64,000 bases of DNA, taken from assembly GCA_038061755.1 (NCBI GenBank), contig JBBTYN010000002.1, positions 15,312-79,311 on the forward strand. Direction: 5' to 3'. The position numbers and the translations under genes were made by a program. Every line of letters begins with the position of its first letter. Positions within the stretch are counted from its first letter, which is position 1. Source of the stretch: Patescibacteria group bacterium. GTDB lineage: Bacteria; Patescibacteriota; Minisyncoccia; Phycocordibacterales; UBA9973. Below the pieces are notes generated by a model. It had not been told where the DNA came from, ran no database searches, and was given only the letters and a program-made list of their open reading frames with translations. Positions 28,942 through 38,793 of this stretch are shown one piece after another.

Positions 28942-29811
28942 CTACTTTTGAAATGAAAAAATCTCATTCTGACCGTCAGATTTCATAACTATCGTACCCA
29001 ATAAATCAGTGCGAAAAATATTTGCTCCAAATTTAGCTAGAGTATCCAGAGTTTCTTGATGTGGATGACCATAATTATTATTTTTACCATCAGAAATAGA
29101 TGCGTATTGAGGAGAAACAGCTTTCACAAAACTTGTAGATGAAGAAGTCCGAGAGCCATGATGCCCGACTTTTAAAATAGTGCTTTTTAATTGAATTTCA
29201 GAATTTTCTCCAAGAATTATTTGTTCTGTTTTTGCGCCAGCATCACCGGTAAGTATTACAGAGGTATCACCAAAAGATAAACGCGCCACGACCGAACCAT
29301 CATTAGTTGCCCACTCTGAAACATCTCTATCAGGAAATAAAATATTAATCACTGCTCCTCCTCCTATGTCTAATCTCATTCCTCTTTTGGCTAAAATATC
29401 TGGAATATTTTGTTTTTTCATTTCTTCTCTAAGACTTTGATAAGTTTTAGAATCTGTCAAAGTGCCAGACTCAAGAACAACCCCTACTTTATAATTTTTT
29501 AAAATATCTAAAAGCCCTCCAATATGGTCTACATCCGGATTAGTAATAACTATTGCATCAATACTCTTATCAAATGGAGACATCACTCTTTGTAATGGAC
29601 CCAAAACTTTACGCGGTGGTCCACCATCAAACATTACTTGCGTCCCAGTCGGAGATTCTATAAAAAGTCCGTCACCTTGACCAACATCTAGCATTGCAAA
29701 AGTAAGTCCCCTGTGAGAATTTTCCCAATCTATTTTTACTAAAAAAGCATTTATGAATAAAAGAAATATAACAAAAATTAACAGGCTATATTTCTTGCAA
29801 TTTTTCAACAT
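28942..29811 (-). CDS. ComEC/Rec2-related metallo-beta-lactamase-fold protein (stand-alone, N-terminally anchored)
   Basis: N-terminal TM; MLDVGQGDG ... DHIGG ... GHHGS MBL motifs typical of ComEC C-terminal domain. Confidence 0.6.
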   Translation of the reverse strand: MLKNCKKYSLLIFVIFLLFINAFLVKIDWENSHRGLTFAMLDVGQGDGLFIESPTGTQVMFDGGPPRKVLGPLQRVMSPFDKSIDAIVITNPDVDHIGGLLDILKNYKVGVVLESGTLTDSKTYQSLREEMKKQNIPDILAKRGMRLDIGGGAVINILFPDRDVSEWATNDGSVVARLSFGDTSVILTGDAGAKTEQIILGENSEIQLKSTILKVGHHGSRTSSSTSFVKAVSPQYASISDGKNNNYGHPHQETLDTLAKFGANIFRTDLLGTIVMKSDGQNEIFSFQK

Positions 29812-29825
29812 GATATAATACTAGC

Positions 29826-30380
29826 ATGAAAAAATTTGAAGAAATAAAATTTAATATAGGAGAATTAAAAGGAATTTCTACTAAAAATATTGAAGAACAT
29901 CTGAAACTTTATGCGGGTTATGTGAAAAATACTAACCTAATAATTGAAAAAGCGGAATTACAAACAAGGTTTGGTTTTGAATTTAATGGTATGCGAAACC
30001 ATGAATATTATTTCAAATCTCTAGAAGGCGGAGCAAAAAAGTTACCGGCAAACTCACAACTTAAAATAGCCATAGAAAAAGACGCACCATATTTTGATTT
30101 ATGGCTTAATAGTTTTAAAATTCTCGCCATGACTCGTGGTGTCGGCTGGGCAGTCTTAAATTATGACAAGCAAACTAAACAATTAATTCATACGTGGATA
30201 GATGAACATCATTTAGGACAACTAAATGGACTTAACTGGATTCTGGGTATTGATATGTGGGAACATGCTTTCGTTGCTGATTACCAACCAAGCGGTAAAA
30301 AACAATATGTGGAAGATTTTTTTGCAAATCTCAATTGGGAAGTGATAGAAGAAAATTTTAAAAACTCATTGAAGTCATAA
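29826..30380 (+). CDS. sod: Fe/Mn superoxide dismutase-family protein (divergent N-terminus)
   Basis: NHEYYF, GVGWAVL, DMWEHAFVADYQ, NWEVIEENF match SOD C-terminal domain. N-terminal HHxKHH region reduced to a single His. Confidence 0.55.
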   Translation: MKKFEEIKFNIGELKGISTKNIEEHLKLYAGYVKNTNLIIEKAELQTRFGFEFNGMRNHEYYFKSLEGGAKKLPANSQLKIAIEKDAPYFDLWLNSFKILAMTRGVGWAVLNYDKQTKQLIHTWIDEHHLGQLNGLNWILGIDMWEHAFVADYQPSGKKQYVEDFFANLNWEVIEENFKNSLKS

Positions 30381-31836
30381 AAAAACTTTTTATATTTCTA
30401 CCGAAAAGTCTATAAATAAAATAGGCGTAAATAATTAGTGTTAAAAAAAGTGGAAAATCAGGAAAAGTAAAAGCAGCAAATGGCAGATTAGAGAAAAAAC
30501 TTATCACCCCAAGTTCATAGTGTAAAAATAAATATGAAAGATAGCCCACAGGCACAGCTAATACATAATAAATAAGTCCAAGGAAACCAGTAATAAACCC
30601 AAGCATCATTGTAAAAGGAATAAAAGGTAAAATTAAAATATTTGCCGGCAGAGCCACAAGCGAAAAATTTCCCATTTTATAAAGAATAAATGGAAAAACA
30701 AAAATATAAGCAGCACAAGTTACTGATACTATGTCTCGTAATTCAAAAATTTTAGGCACCCACAAAAAATATTTTTCAATTCTTGGCGCGAGAAAAATCA
30801 CCGCAACTGTCGCAAGAAATGAAAGTTGAAAAGAAACATCAAAAACGAGAAGAAAAGGATTAAGGATTATCATAAATACACCAGCCAACAATAACGCTCG
30901 CGCAACATCATAATCTCTTCCTGTTGCCCGAGCTACGAGAGCAAGTATCGCCATTATTCCCGCTCGAATAGCAGTTGAACTCCCACCAGTCATTATGATA
31001 AATAAAAATATTGCTAAAATTCCCATTCCAATACCGAAATTTTTAGGAAGAAAGCCAAACAATTTCATAATCCATTCAGCGACAATCGTCACGTTATATC
31101 CAGAAAGAGCAACGATGTGTATCGTACCGGTGTTTATAAAACTTTGCCGTAAATCTTGACTAAAAGAAGATTTTTCACCCAAAATAAGACCGCTCATAAA
31201 TAAATTCTCAGGGGCATTAATGGCAAAATTTATTTTTTCTAAAAATTTATTTTTAACAGAAAATAGCATGCTTTGAATTAGATTACCATTCCCATGCGAA
31301 ACAATTTCAATTTTTGGATAAATCATTACATATAAAATTCCATCTTTGCGCAAATAGTTTACATAGTCAAAAACTTTACCTTGATCAGTAATAAAATTTT
31401 CTGACTTTTTTAAAATTCCCGTAAAATTGATCTCATCTCCGTATTTATAATCTGTATCTAAACCAGTAGATAAAAGAATTTCCATTTTGGTGGAAGTCTG
31501 TATTTCTACTGTTAATTGCTGACTATTTTCTTTAATACTAGGCTCATCTGTGATTTCTCCCGAAAAAATAACTTTTTGCCCCACTTGCGATTCGAAGAAA
31601 GCTGGATTTGGCACATCAACCATCTGAAATCTAAAAATCCCAAAAGAAAAAGCCAAAATAAAAATTGAAGCCAAAATTCCCCAGTTATTTTTTGAAATTA
31701 AAGTAAAAAATAAAAATAATGCACCGGCAATCACGCTAAACAAAACAACTAAATATAAATCTACCAAGACAAAAGAGCGCAAAAGCACTCCCATCAAAAA
31801 ACCAAAACAAATTATAAAAAAAACTCTATCACGCAT
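30358..31836 (-). CDS. comEC: ComEC/Rec2 competence protein, membrane channel portion (DUF4131 + Competence domain)
   Basis: FMSGLILGEKSSF...GTIHIVALSGYNVTIV Competence-domain motif; 10+ TM helices. Confidence 0.7.
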   Translation of the reverse strand: MRDRVFFIICFGFLMGVLLRSFVLVDLYLVVLFSVIAGALFLFFTLISKNNWGILASIFILAFSFGIFRFQMVDVPNPAFFESQVGQKVIFSGEITDEPSIKENSQQLTVEIQTSTKMEILLSTGLDTDYKYGDEINFTGILKKSENFITDQGKVFDYVNYLRKDGILYVMIYPKIEIVSHGNGNLIQSMLFSVKNKFLEKINFAINAPENLFMSGLILGEKSSFSQDLRQSFINTGTIHIVALSGYNVTIVAEWIMKLFGFLPKNFGIGMGILAIFLFIIMTGGSSTAIRAGIMAILALVARATGRDYDVARALLLAGVFMIILNPFLLVFDVSFQLSFLATVAVIFLAPRIEKYFLWVPKIFELRDIVSVTCAAYIFVFPFILYKMGNFSLVALPANILILPFIPFTMMLGFITGFLGLIYYVLAVPVGYLSYLFLHYELGVISFFSNLPFAAFTFPDFPLFLTLIIYAYFIYRLFGRNIKSFFMTSMSF

Positions 31837-31845
31837 TTAAAATAA

Positions 31846-32337
31846 TTATTTTTTCAATTTCACTGGAACACCCTCTGTAAAACTCGTCGCTATTTCGTCC
31901 GCTCTTTCATTATATTTGTCTCCATTGTGTCCTTTCACATAAGTCCATTTTATTTTAAAATCTTGCGTAAGTTTATACAATTCTTCCCAAAGTTTGCGGT
32001 TCAAAATAGGTTTATTACCGGCATTGCGCCAATTATTTTTCTGCCAATTAAAAATCCACTCCGTAATTCCTAAAATCACATACTTAGAATCAGAAACAAT
32101 TTCCATGCTGTCAAAGGGCATCTTTGACATATTTGACATATTTAATTTTAGATATTTTAACGCCTCTATCGGCGCTGTTAATTCCATTTGATTATTTGTC
32201 GCATATCCTACCCCTCCACCAATTTCAAAAATCTTATCCATTATCATAAAAATAGCTCCCCATCCAGCCTTACCTGGATTTCCTTTCGCCGCCCCATCTG
32301 TATAAATTTTCATATATGTTTTTCTTGCATTTTTCAT
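31846..32337 (-). CDS. rnhA: Ribonuclease HI
   Basis: IYTDGAAKGNPGKAGWGAI, TNNQMEL, DSKYV, C-terminal HNGDKYNERADE. Confidence 0.82.
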   Translation of the reverse strand: MKNARKTYMKIYTDGAAKGNPGKAGWGAIFMIMDKIFEIGGGVGYATNNQMELTAPIEALKYLKLNMSNMSKMPFDSMEIVSDSKYVILGITEWIFNWQKNNWRNAGNKPILNRKLWEELYKLTQDFKIKWTYVKGHNGDKYNERADEIATSFTEGVPVKLKK

Positions 32338-32342
32338 AATTT

Positions 32343-34073
32343 TTATAATATATTTTCTATTCTTAATCTTAGCTCTTCTCTACCTTTAAATCTAGATAAA
32401 TCAAAAGTAGCCAAAAGATTAACCATTTTCTTTTCTGTGATAGATACATCAAAAGAATCAAAATCAGAAAAAAATGAAATAGCTGTAGCCTTACCAGATA
32501 AATCAGAAAAAATAATTTCTAAATGTTCCTCAGATCCATTTTTGCCAAATTTTTTTATTTTTTCTATCTTAACGTCAGGAAAGAAGAAAATAGGCTTCAA
32601 ATTACCTAAACCAAAAGGTGCGAGCTTTTCTATCTCCTTCCAATTTTTCATATTTACAATACTCAAATTAGATTTGATATCATAATTTGCAACATCTTCT
32701 TTTTTATCTCTTTTTACTTTGTGAAAAGAAAGAGACAGCGCTTCTTCCAAAAAATGAATTTTATCATCATGCACAGTAAATCCTCCTGCAAATTCATGCC
32801 CGCCAAAATCTACAAATGATTCACTATTTTCACTCATCAGCTCCACGACAGAAATTGATCCATCGCTACGACAAGAACCCTTGATACAATCATTTTCATC
32901 TTTTGCCCACACAAAAACAGATTTTTTATATTTATCTGATATTTTTCCTGCCACCAATCCCAAAACTCCGACCTTCCATTCTGGATTACCTATCACAATC
33001 ACATCTTTCATATCTCCCCCTTCTAATTTCTTATCTATGTGTTTATTCACGTCACGCATAATACCTTTCACAATATTTTTTCTTTCATCATTTATTTTTG
33101 ATAAATGATTTACCAATATGCCTGCTTCTACCTCATCTCTCGTAGAAAGAAGTTCATAAGCCCGCATGGGGTCATCCATTCGCGAAGCAGCATTTAATCT
33201 AGGCGTTACCATAAAACAAATATCATCAACTGATAAATATTTTTGCTCAATCTTTATTTTTGCCAAAAGTTTTTGCAAGCCTGGACGAGGAGACTTCTTT
33301 AACACCTTCATCCCAAAATACGCAATAGATCTATTCTCACCAGAAAGCGGAACCATATCAGAAAGTGTTGCTAAGCCAGCCATATCCAGCATCCATTTTT
33401 CACTACCGTTCTTAATACCAAAATATTCGCCATATTTACAGATAAATCCTTGCATAAATTTAAAAACAACACCTGCCCCACAAAGCATTTTTTCTGGGTA
33501 TGATTCCACGGAATCATACGGCGTACCGTCAATTGAAACGCCGCCTGTTTTTGGATTCAAAATTGCATAAGCGCGAGGTAAATCAAAAGAGACAAGCCCA
33601 CCTTCGCTAAAGCTCTGACGAGGCACGTGATGATCAATTATTATCACATCTATACCATCCACTTCTGCTTGCGCCACTTCTGCAAATGCTGTGATTCCTA
33701 AATCAACAGTAATTAAAAGTTTAACATTAGACTTTGCAAATTGTTTAATCGCATCCATATTTAAACCATAACCCTCAGAATTCCTTTGAGGAATATATAC
33801 TTCAAAATTTTTATAATTTATCAATTTAAATAAATCAGTCAAAATAACTGCTCCCGGTATGCCATCACAATCATAGTCAGCATAAATGATTATTTTTTCT
33901 TTATTCTCTATCGCTTCATATAGCCTAACGCAAGCTTTATCCATATCCCGCATCAAAAAAGGATCATGAAAATCTCGCTCATAATCTGGATTGAGAAAAA
34001 TTTCCGCTTGTTCTATATCAACAATACCTCTTTTTTCTAAAAGTGTTCGCAGTAATTCTCCATATCTTTGCAT
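32343..34073 (-). CDS. recJ: Single-stranded-DNA-specific exonuclease RecJ
   Basis: DHH motifs (IIYADYDCDGIPGA, DHH region), DHHA1 domain. Start set at MQRYGELL because the upstream part of the ORF-track ORF is the non-coding conserved element. Confidence 0.85.
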   Translation of the reverse strand: MQRYGELLRTLLEKRGIVDIEQAEIFLNPDYERDFHDPFLMRDMDKACVRLYEAIENKEKIIIYADYDCDGIPGAVILTDLFKLINYKNFEVYIPQRNSEGYGLNMDAIKQFAKSNVKLLITVDLGITAFAEVAQAEVDGIDVIIIDHHVPRQSFSEGGLVSFDLPRAYAILNPKTGGVSIDGTPYDSVESYPEKMLCGAGVVFKFMQGFICKYGEYFGIKNGSEKWMLDMAGLATLSDMVPLSGENRSIAYFGMKVLKKSPRPGLQKLLAKIKIEQKYLSVDDICFMVTPRLNAASRMDDPMRAYELLSTRDEVEAGILVNHLSKINDERKNIVKGIMRDVNKHIDKKLEGGDMKDVIVIGNPEWKVGVLGLVAGKISDKYKKSVFVWAKDENDCIKGSCRSDGSISVVELMSENSESFVDFGGHEFAGGFTVHDDKIHFLEEALSLSFHKVKRDKKEDVANYDIKSNLSIVNMKNWKEIEKLAPFGLGNLKPIFFFPDVKIEKIKKFGKNGSEEHLEIIFSDLSGKATAISFFSDFDSFDVSITEKKMVNLLATFDLSRFKGREELRLRIENIL

Positions 34074-34128
34074 AACTGAAATTTTAACATATAATATAGA
34101 AAGTTTCGCAAAATAAAGTTTTGGAATA

Positions 34129-34166
34129 GTCTGGCTGGGATAGGGACCCAGAGAACCGAGGACCTG
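34129..34166 (-). promoter_or_regulatory. Conserved 36-38 nt element (copy 2) 55 nt upstream of recJ, same orientation as copy 1
   Basis: Reverse complement equals 1234..1271; intergenic between recJ (-) and HIT gene (+). Confidence 0.5.
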
Positions 34167-34182
34167 AGAAAACTTTGATTTT

Positions 34183-34587
34183 GTGAAACTTTCTATGGAA
34201 AACTGTATTTTTTGCAAAATAATAAAAGAAGAAATTCCTTGCATAAAAATTTATGAAAACAAAAACTTTTTATCCTTTTTAGATATACAGCCAGTGTCCG
34301 ATGGACATCTTTTATTGATTCCCAAAAAACACATTGTTTGGATGCAAAACGCTAACGATGAAACAATCTCAGAAATTTTTAAATTATCTAAAAAATTAAT
34401 GCTTGCTATTAAAAAAGGAATCGCGTGTGACTATGTCCAATTATCCATCGTCGGCAAAGATGTTCCACATTTTCATATTCACCTAATTCCAAGATATTTT
34501 AAAGATAGTCTGCCGATGTTCCCAACAAAAAAATACAAAGATAAAGAATCAAATGAAGCTGCCAAAAAAATTATCGGAGCATTTTGA
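34183..34587 (+). CDS. HIT-family (histidine triad) nucleotide hydrolase
   Basis: CIFCKI N-terminus, HFHIHLIP histidine triad. Confidence 0.82.
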   Translation: MKLSMENCIFCKIIKEEIPCIKIYENKNFLSFLDIQPVSDGHLLLIPKKHIVWMQNANDETISEIFKLSKKLMLAIKKGIACDYVQLSIVGKDVPHFHIHLIPRYFKDSLPMFPTKKYKDKESNEAAKKIIGAF

Positions 34588-35608
34588 TTCCCGGCAAGGT
34601 TCCATCTACCAAAAAATCAAGCATAGCACCACCGCCAGTAGACACAAAAGAAAATTTATTTTCCATATTCATTTTATTTATTAAAGATACAGTATCTCCT
34701 CCACCAATAATACTTTCAGCTTTGGATTTCGCGACTAATTTTAATATTTTTTTAGTAGCTCCTGCTCCGCCATCTTCATATTTACCAAGCGGACCATTCC
34801 AAAGTATAAGTTTTGATTTTTTGATTAGAGCTGCCAAATTTTTTACTGTTTTTTCTCCTATATCTAAGATAGCGTCATTTTTCATTACAAAATCCGTAGG
34901 TAAAATTAATTTCCCACCACGGCGGGCAGGCTTATTTTTTAATAATTCTGCAATCTCATAATTTTTATTACTAACTAAAGACTCCCCAATCTCGTAACCT
35001 TTTGCTTTCAAAAAATCATGGGCCAAGGCTCCACCGATAAACACATAATCCGCTAATTTTAAATATTTTTTTATAAGAGGCATTTTAGTAGAAAATTTAT
35101 CCCCGCCTAAAATAAATAAAAATGGGTGTTTGGGTTTTTTGAAAGCATGAGATAAATTTTCTAATTCTTTCTTAAACTCCAAACCAGTAAAACTCGGTAA
35201 ATATTTAGGCAATCCTACTATTGATGCATGTTCTCTATGAGAAACTGAAAAAGCATCATTTACATAAATATCTCCTAAGATTGCTAACTTTTTAGCGAAA
35301 GCTCCATCATTTTTTATTTCACCAGGAAATTTTCTGATATTATCAAAAAAGATAACTCTGTTTTCAGCTATTTTTGAAATTGAAAAAAAACATCTTATCA
35401 CGGGCCCAAGGTTTGCTTTACCATCTTTACCAAGATGGGTAATTAAAATTATTTTCGCCCCTTTTTTAAGTAAAAACTTAATAGTTGGTAAAGCTTTTTT
35501 TATGCGAAAATCATCTTCCACTTTTCCATTTTTAATAGGCACATTAAAATCTACTCGCAAAAGCACCGTCTTTCCTTTTAAATTTTTTATTATTTTAATG
35601 CTTCGCAT
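34571..35608 (-). CDS. pgk: Phosphoglycerate kinase (compact)
   Basis: LLRVDFNVP, ILITHLGKDG, C-terminal GGGAMLDFL. Confidence 0.85.
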   Translation of the reverse strand: MRSIKIIKNLKGKTVLLRVDFNVPIKNGKVEDDFRIKKALPTIKFLLKKGAKIILITHLGKDGKANLGPVIRCFFSISKIAENRVIFFDNIRKFPGEIKNDGAFAKKLAILGDIYVNDAFSVSHREHASIVGLPKYLPSFTGLEFKKELENLSHAFKKPKHPFLFILGGDKFSTKMPLIKKYLKLADYVFIGGALAHDFLKAKGYEIGESLVSNKNYEIAELLKNKPARRGGKLILPTDFVMKNDAILDIGEKTVKNLAALIKKSKLILWNGPLGKYEDGGAGATKKILKLVAKSKAESIIGGGDTVSLINKMNMENKFSFVSTGGGAMLDFLVDGTLPGIKMLR

Positions 35609-36354
35609 ATTTTTACAATTTCTACAAACTTTTTTACATTCAAACTAGCGCGGCCAGGGAGCAATCCGTCCACTCCTCCATTTTTCAAAAAATCTTCCGC
35701 GCTTTTTTCATTAACAGAACCACCATAAATAATCCTCGTGCTGGATGCATCCGAACCAAATTTATCAGAAAGAATTTTACGAATAAAAATAGTCATTTCT
35801 CTAGAATCAGCCGAAGTCGCATCTTTACGATTTACTGTACTAGAAAGCGCCCAGACTGGTTCATAAGCAATGATAATTTTTGAAATTGAATTCTTGGAGA
35901 CTCCCGCTAAACATTCTTCTATTTGTGTTTTAACTAAATTAAAATAACTATGACCCTCGTCACGAACACTTTCCCCCACGCACAGTATTGGCACAAGAAG
36001 AGCTGAAAGTGATGCTTTTATTTTTTTATTTATATCATTATTATTTTCCCCAAGAGCGCGTCTTTCAGAATGGCCCAATATCACGTATCTAACACCAATA
36101 CTAGAAAGCATAAAAGAAGATATTTCCCCAGTAAAAGCACCCACATCACCACCGAAAGCATCCTGCGCGCCAAGTTTTATTTTGCTAGTTCTAATTTTTT
36201 TTAATCTTTCTAAATAAATAAATGGAGAACAAATTACAACTTCGGTTTTCTTAACTCTAGAAACCTCTTTTGCCACACCAGAAAACAACTTTTCCGCTTC
36301 TTTTAAAGTAAGCGGATTCATTTTCCAGTTGCCGATGACAATCTTTTTAGACAT
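35590..36354 (-). CDS. tpiA: Triosephosphate isomerase
   Basis: GNWKMN, AYEPVWA, IIYGGSV. Confidence 0.87.
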   Translation of the reverse strand: MSKKIVIGNWKMNPLTLKEAEKLFSGVAKEVSRVKKTEVVICSPFIYLERLKKIRTSKIKLGAQDAFGGDVGAFTGEISSFMLSSIGVRYVILGHSERRALGENNNDINKKIKASLSALLVPILCVGESVRDEGHSYFNLVKTQIEECLAGVSKNSISKIIIAYEPVWALSSTVNRKDATSADSREMTIFIRKILSDKFGSDASSTRIIYGGSVNEKSAEDFLKNGGVDGLLPGRASLNVKKFVEIVKICEALK

Positions 36355-36375
36355 GACAAAATTATAGCATTAAAA

Positions 36376-37695
36376 TTATCTAATTTCTTTCCATCTTTTT
36401 ATTTTCCATTTACCCCCGGGACCTGTTGTAAAAAGGGGTTGAGACAAGCCTATCGCATAGCTAACCTTAGCTTCATTCTGCATCGTTAGTCCATAGCCTG
36501 TGACCTCTCTAAGCGTCACATTATTTTGAAGTTGAATTTGTCCATGCGGAGCATAAAGCAATAGATTACCTGTGGCGGCATTTTGTACCTTAATAGCCAA
36601 ATTATTTCCTCCAGATTCAGCACTATTATTTCTAGACACAAGCATCACATAAGAATCAGTATTATCAGTGGATCCGAAATAATTTGAATTGTTTTGAAGA
36701 TAAATAAATCCTTTTGTGTCTCTATTCAATGGGTCATCTGCTATAATGACAACACTTTTGTTTCCTACGCTGTCATCAACTTTAATTGTAGCGCCTCCTT
36801 GCACCATAAGCTGTCCTTTTATCCAAATTGCTCCTGTTAAATTAAGAACCGCGTTATTTCCATCTACAAGCACATCACAATTTATCTTGGTGGGACCAAG
36901 CGTTACGCTAGTGGTAATATTATAAGGGCATGGAGACGAAATTGTATCTCCTGCGATAGCATCATTTTCCCATTGATCAAGTAAGTCATCTGAAATAGGC
37001 ATAATCCCATAAGGTTGATCTGCGCTGTTCGGATATTTAGTCCCTGTTACAGTAGTATCATTATCAATGTTTTGATAATAAGCATTTTGGTCAACCTTTG
37101 AATTAGTAATACTATTGGCATACATATTTACACTAGAGTGTATATTATCAATACTGCCAGAACTCCCTGCGGAAACAGCGCTGCCAGTCACAAAATTATG
37201 ATTTTTATCATCCCCGTCAATTGGTCCGTCTGAATAAATATTGCCAAAAACTCCGGAGTTATTTTTCATACGTACACCTCCAGGACCTATCTGCACAGCA
37301 AAACTAAAATTAAAACCATTAGTAGTAGTAATATCTTTTAGAACAGTCCGAAAATGACTGTTTACACTGGCTATTGAAGTAATTTCTTTTTCGTTGGCTC
37401 CGGTAACAGCAACGGTTGAGTTTGCGCTACTATTGTTAAGAGTTAGAGTTTTCGGAAAATTAATGGTGATATTATTTTTAATTCTAAAATATGCATCTTC
37501 ACTTCCCGATTCCGCTAAAAAATACGATTTTTTTGAATTTAAATTCATATTAGCATTTCTAAATTCCCGCACCGTTGGACTTACGAGTCCAGTGATTATT
37601 GCTAAAGAAATAAAAAGAAAAAATAAGACAGATATCAACATTGCCGCACCAGACTGATTATTAATTTTTCTTCTTGTTTGCTTTTTTATTTTCAT
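36376..37695 (-). CDS. PilX-like minor pilin / pilus-associated protein
   Basis: N-terminus QSGAAMLISVLFFLFISLAIITGLV resembles PilX; co-directional with pilin genes. Confidence 0.4.
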   Translation of the reverse strand: MKIKKQTRRKINNQSGAAMLISVLFFLFISLAIITGLVSPTVREFRNANMNLNSKKSYFLAESGSEDAYFRIKNNITINFPKTLTLNNSSANSTVAVTGANEKEITSIASVNSHFRTVLKDITTTNGFNFSFAVQIGPGGVRMKNNSGVFGNIYSDGPIDGDDKNHNFVTGSAVSAGSSGSIDNIHSSVNMYANSITNSKVDQNAYYQNIDNDTTVTGTKYPNSADQPYGIMPISDDLLDQWENDAIAGDTISSPCPYNITTSVTLGPTKINCDVLVDGNNAVLNLTGAIWIKGQLMVQGGATIKVDDSVGNKSVVIIADDPLNRDTKGFIYLQNNSNYFGSTDNTDSYVMLVSRNNSAESGGNNLAIKVQNAATGNLLLYAPHGQIQLQNNVTLREVTGYGLTMQNEAKVSYAIGLSQPLFTTGPGGKWKIKRWKEIR

Positions 37696-37703
37696 AATTT
37701 TAA

Positions 37704-37735
37704 ATTCGTAATTCGTAATTCGTAATTCGTAATTG
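37704..37735. repeat. Heptanucleotide tandem repeat (ATTCGTA)x4.5 immediately upstream of PilX-like gene start
   Basis: Four full ATTCGTA units plus partial; lies -9 to -40 relative to ATG at 37695 on minus strand. Confidence 0.9.
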
Positions 37736-37738
37736 ATT

Positions 37739-38299
37739 TTAATAACTGCCTCTTAAAACCACTGTGTCATAAAAATCTTGAATATTGCCTGATGGATCAT
37801 TAATGGATCTTAGAGTTAAAACTATTTTGACAGCTTTTCCTTTATTTGTATTTATTTGAGTAAAAGTAAGAGCCATAATATTAATGTTCGGGGTATTCAA
37901 GTTTCCTGTAAGCGTTCCATTTTCAAGAAGTTCAATATTGGAATCGGAAAGCAGGAACTCTACTGTTTTCGCCACTCCAGCATCATCTGTAGTTGCAAGA
38001 TTTAAATCGCTAGTACTAATTAAATTTATGCCATTTGCTTGCCTGATTTCTCGCGACATTCTTTCTATTATATTTCCACTTTGTACTAACTCAGCCTGTA
38101 TAGTAGTTTCTTTAAAAGATCTAGCCATTGTAATCATGGCATTAATCACCACTGAAGAAAGAACAGAAAAAAAAGCAATATAAAAAAGAAGTTCTAAAAC
38201 AGCATAGCCATGTTCATAAGACAGTGCTTTAGGCTCTGTCCAGACAGAACCTAAAGCACTGTCTAGTATTATTTTTTTATTTTTTTTTATCTTTATCAT
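37739..38299 (-). CDS. Type IV pilin-like protein with long leader
   Basis: G-YAVLELLFYIAFFSVL hydrophobic N-terminal pilin-like segment after 30-aa leader. Confidence 0.45.
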   Translation of the reverse strand: MIKIKKNKKIILDSALGSVWTEPKALSYEHGYAVLELLFYIAFFSVLSSVVINAMITMARSFKETTIQAELVQSGNIIERMSREIRQANGINLISTSDLNLATTDDAGVAKTVEFLLSDSNIELLENGTLTGNLNTPNINIMALTFTQINTNKGKAVKIVLTLRSINDPSGNIQDFYDTVVLRGSY

Positions 38300-38793
38300 G
38301 AAAAAATATCTATTATGTAAAATTGCAAGGTTTTAGTGATGGTCACTCCACCTTCTAGCCAGAAGACTGTTACTGTCACCAATTTTGCTTTAGGATCATC
38401 TGTGCCACTGCTCGCAATATCTTGAGTGTCATTATCGCGATTCACACCGGCGATAGTCACCCTGCGAGTAAAAATTCCCACAGTATTAGCTGTTTGAGAC
38501 AATGTCCAAGTACCGCCAGAAAATGTCGGATAATAATTTGTACTGACGGCTAAACTGGAAATATTGCTCCACGCATTATCTCGAAGTATCCGTACCGCTT
38601 CTGCTCCTTCTTCTAATAAAAATGTTGCCTGCGTTGTATGAAAAGCTTGACGAGAAACATAAATAGATTTTTGAGCAACGGCCGTCGCCGCTAGGATTGA
38701 AACAGTAATAATTGAAATAGCCACCAATATTTCGACCACCATAAACCCCGGATTTTTAATGATTTTTTTCATATTAGTCTGAACTAGCAACAC
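38296..38793 (-). CDS. Type IV prepilin / pseudopilin
   Basis: KNPG-FMVVEILVAISIIT prepilin peptidase site and N-methyl motif. Confidence 0.6.
   Translation of the reverse strand: MLLVQTNMKKIIKNPGFMVVEILVAISIITVSILAATAVAQKSIYVSRQAFHTTQATFLLEEGAEAVRILRDNAWSNISSLAVSTNYYPTFSGGTWTLSQTANTVGIFTRRVTIAGVNRDNDTQDIASSGTDDPKAKLVTVTVFWLEGGVTITKTLQFYIIDIFS

Noticed and set aside
29826-30380. Confident sodA/sodB assignment with metal specificity
   Set aside because: The C-terminal domain is clearly SOD-like, but the N-terminal metal-ligand region is divergent. Only the family was called, with moderate confidence.
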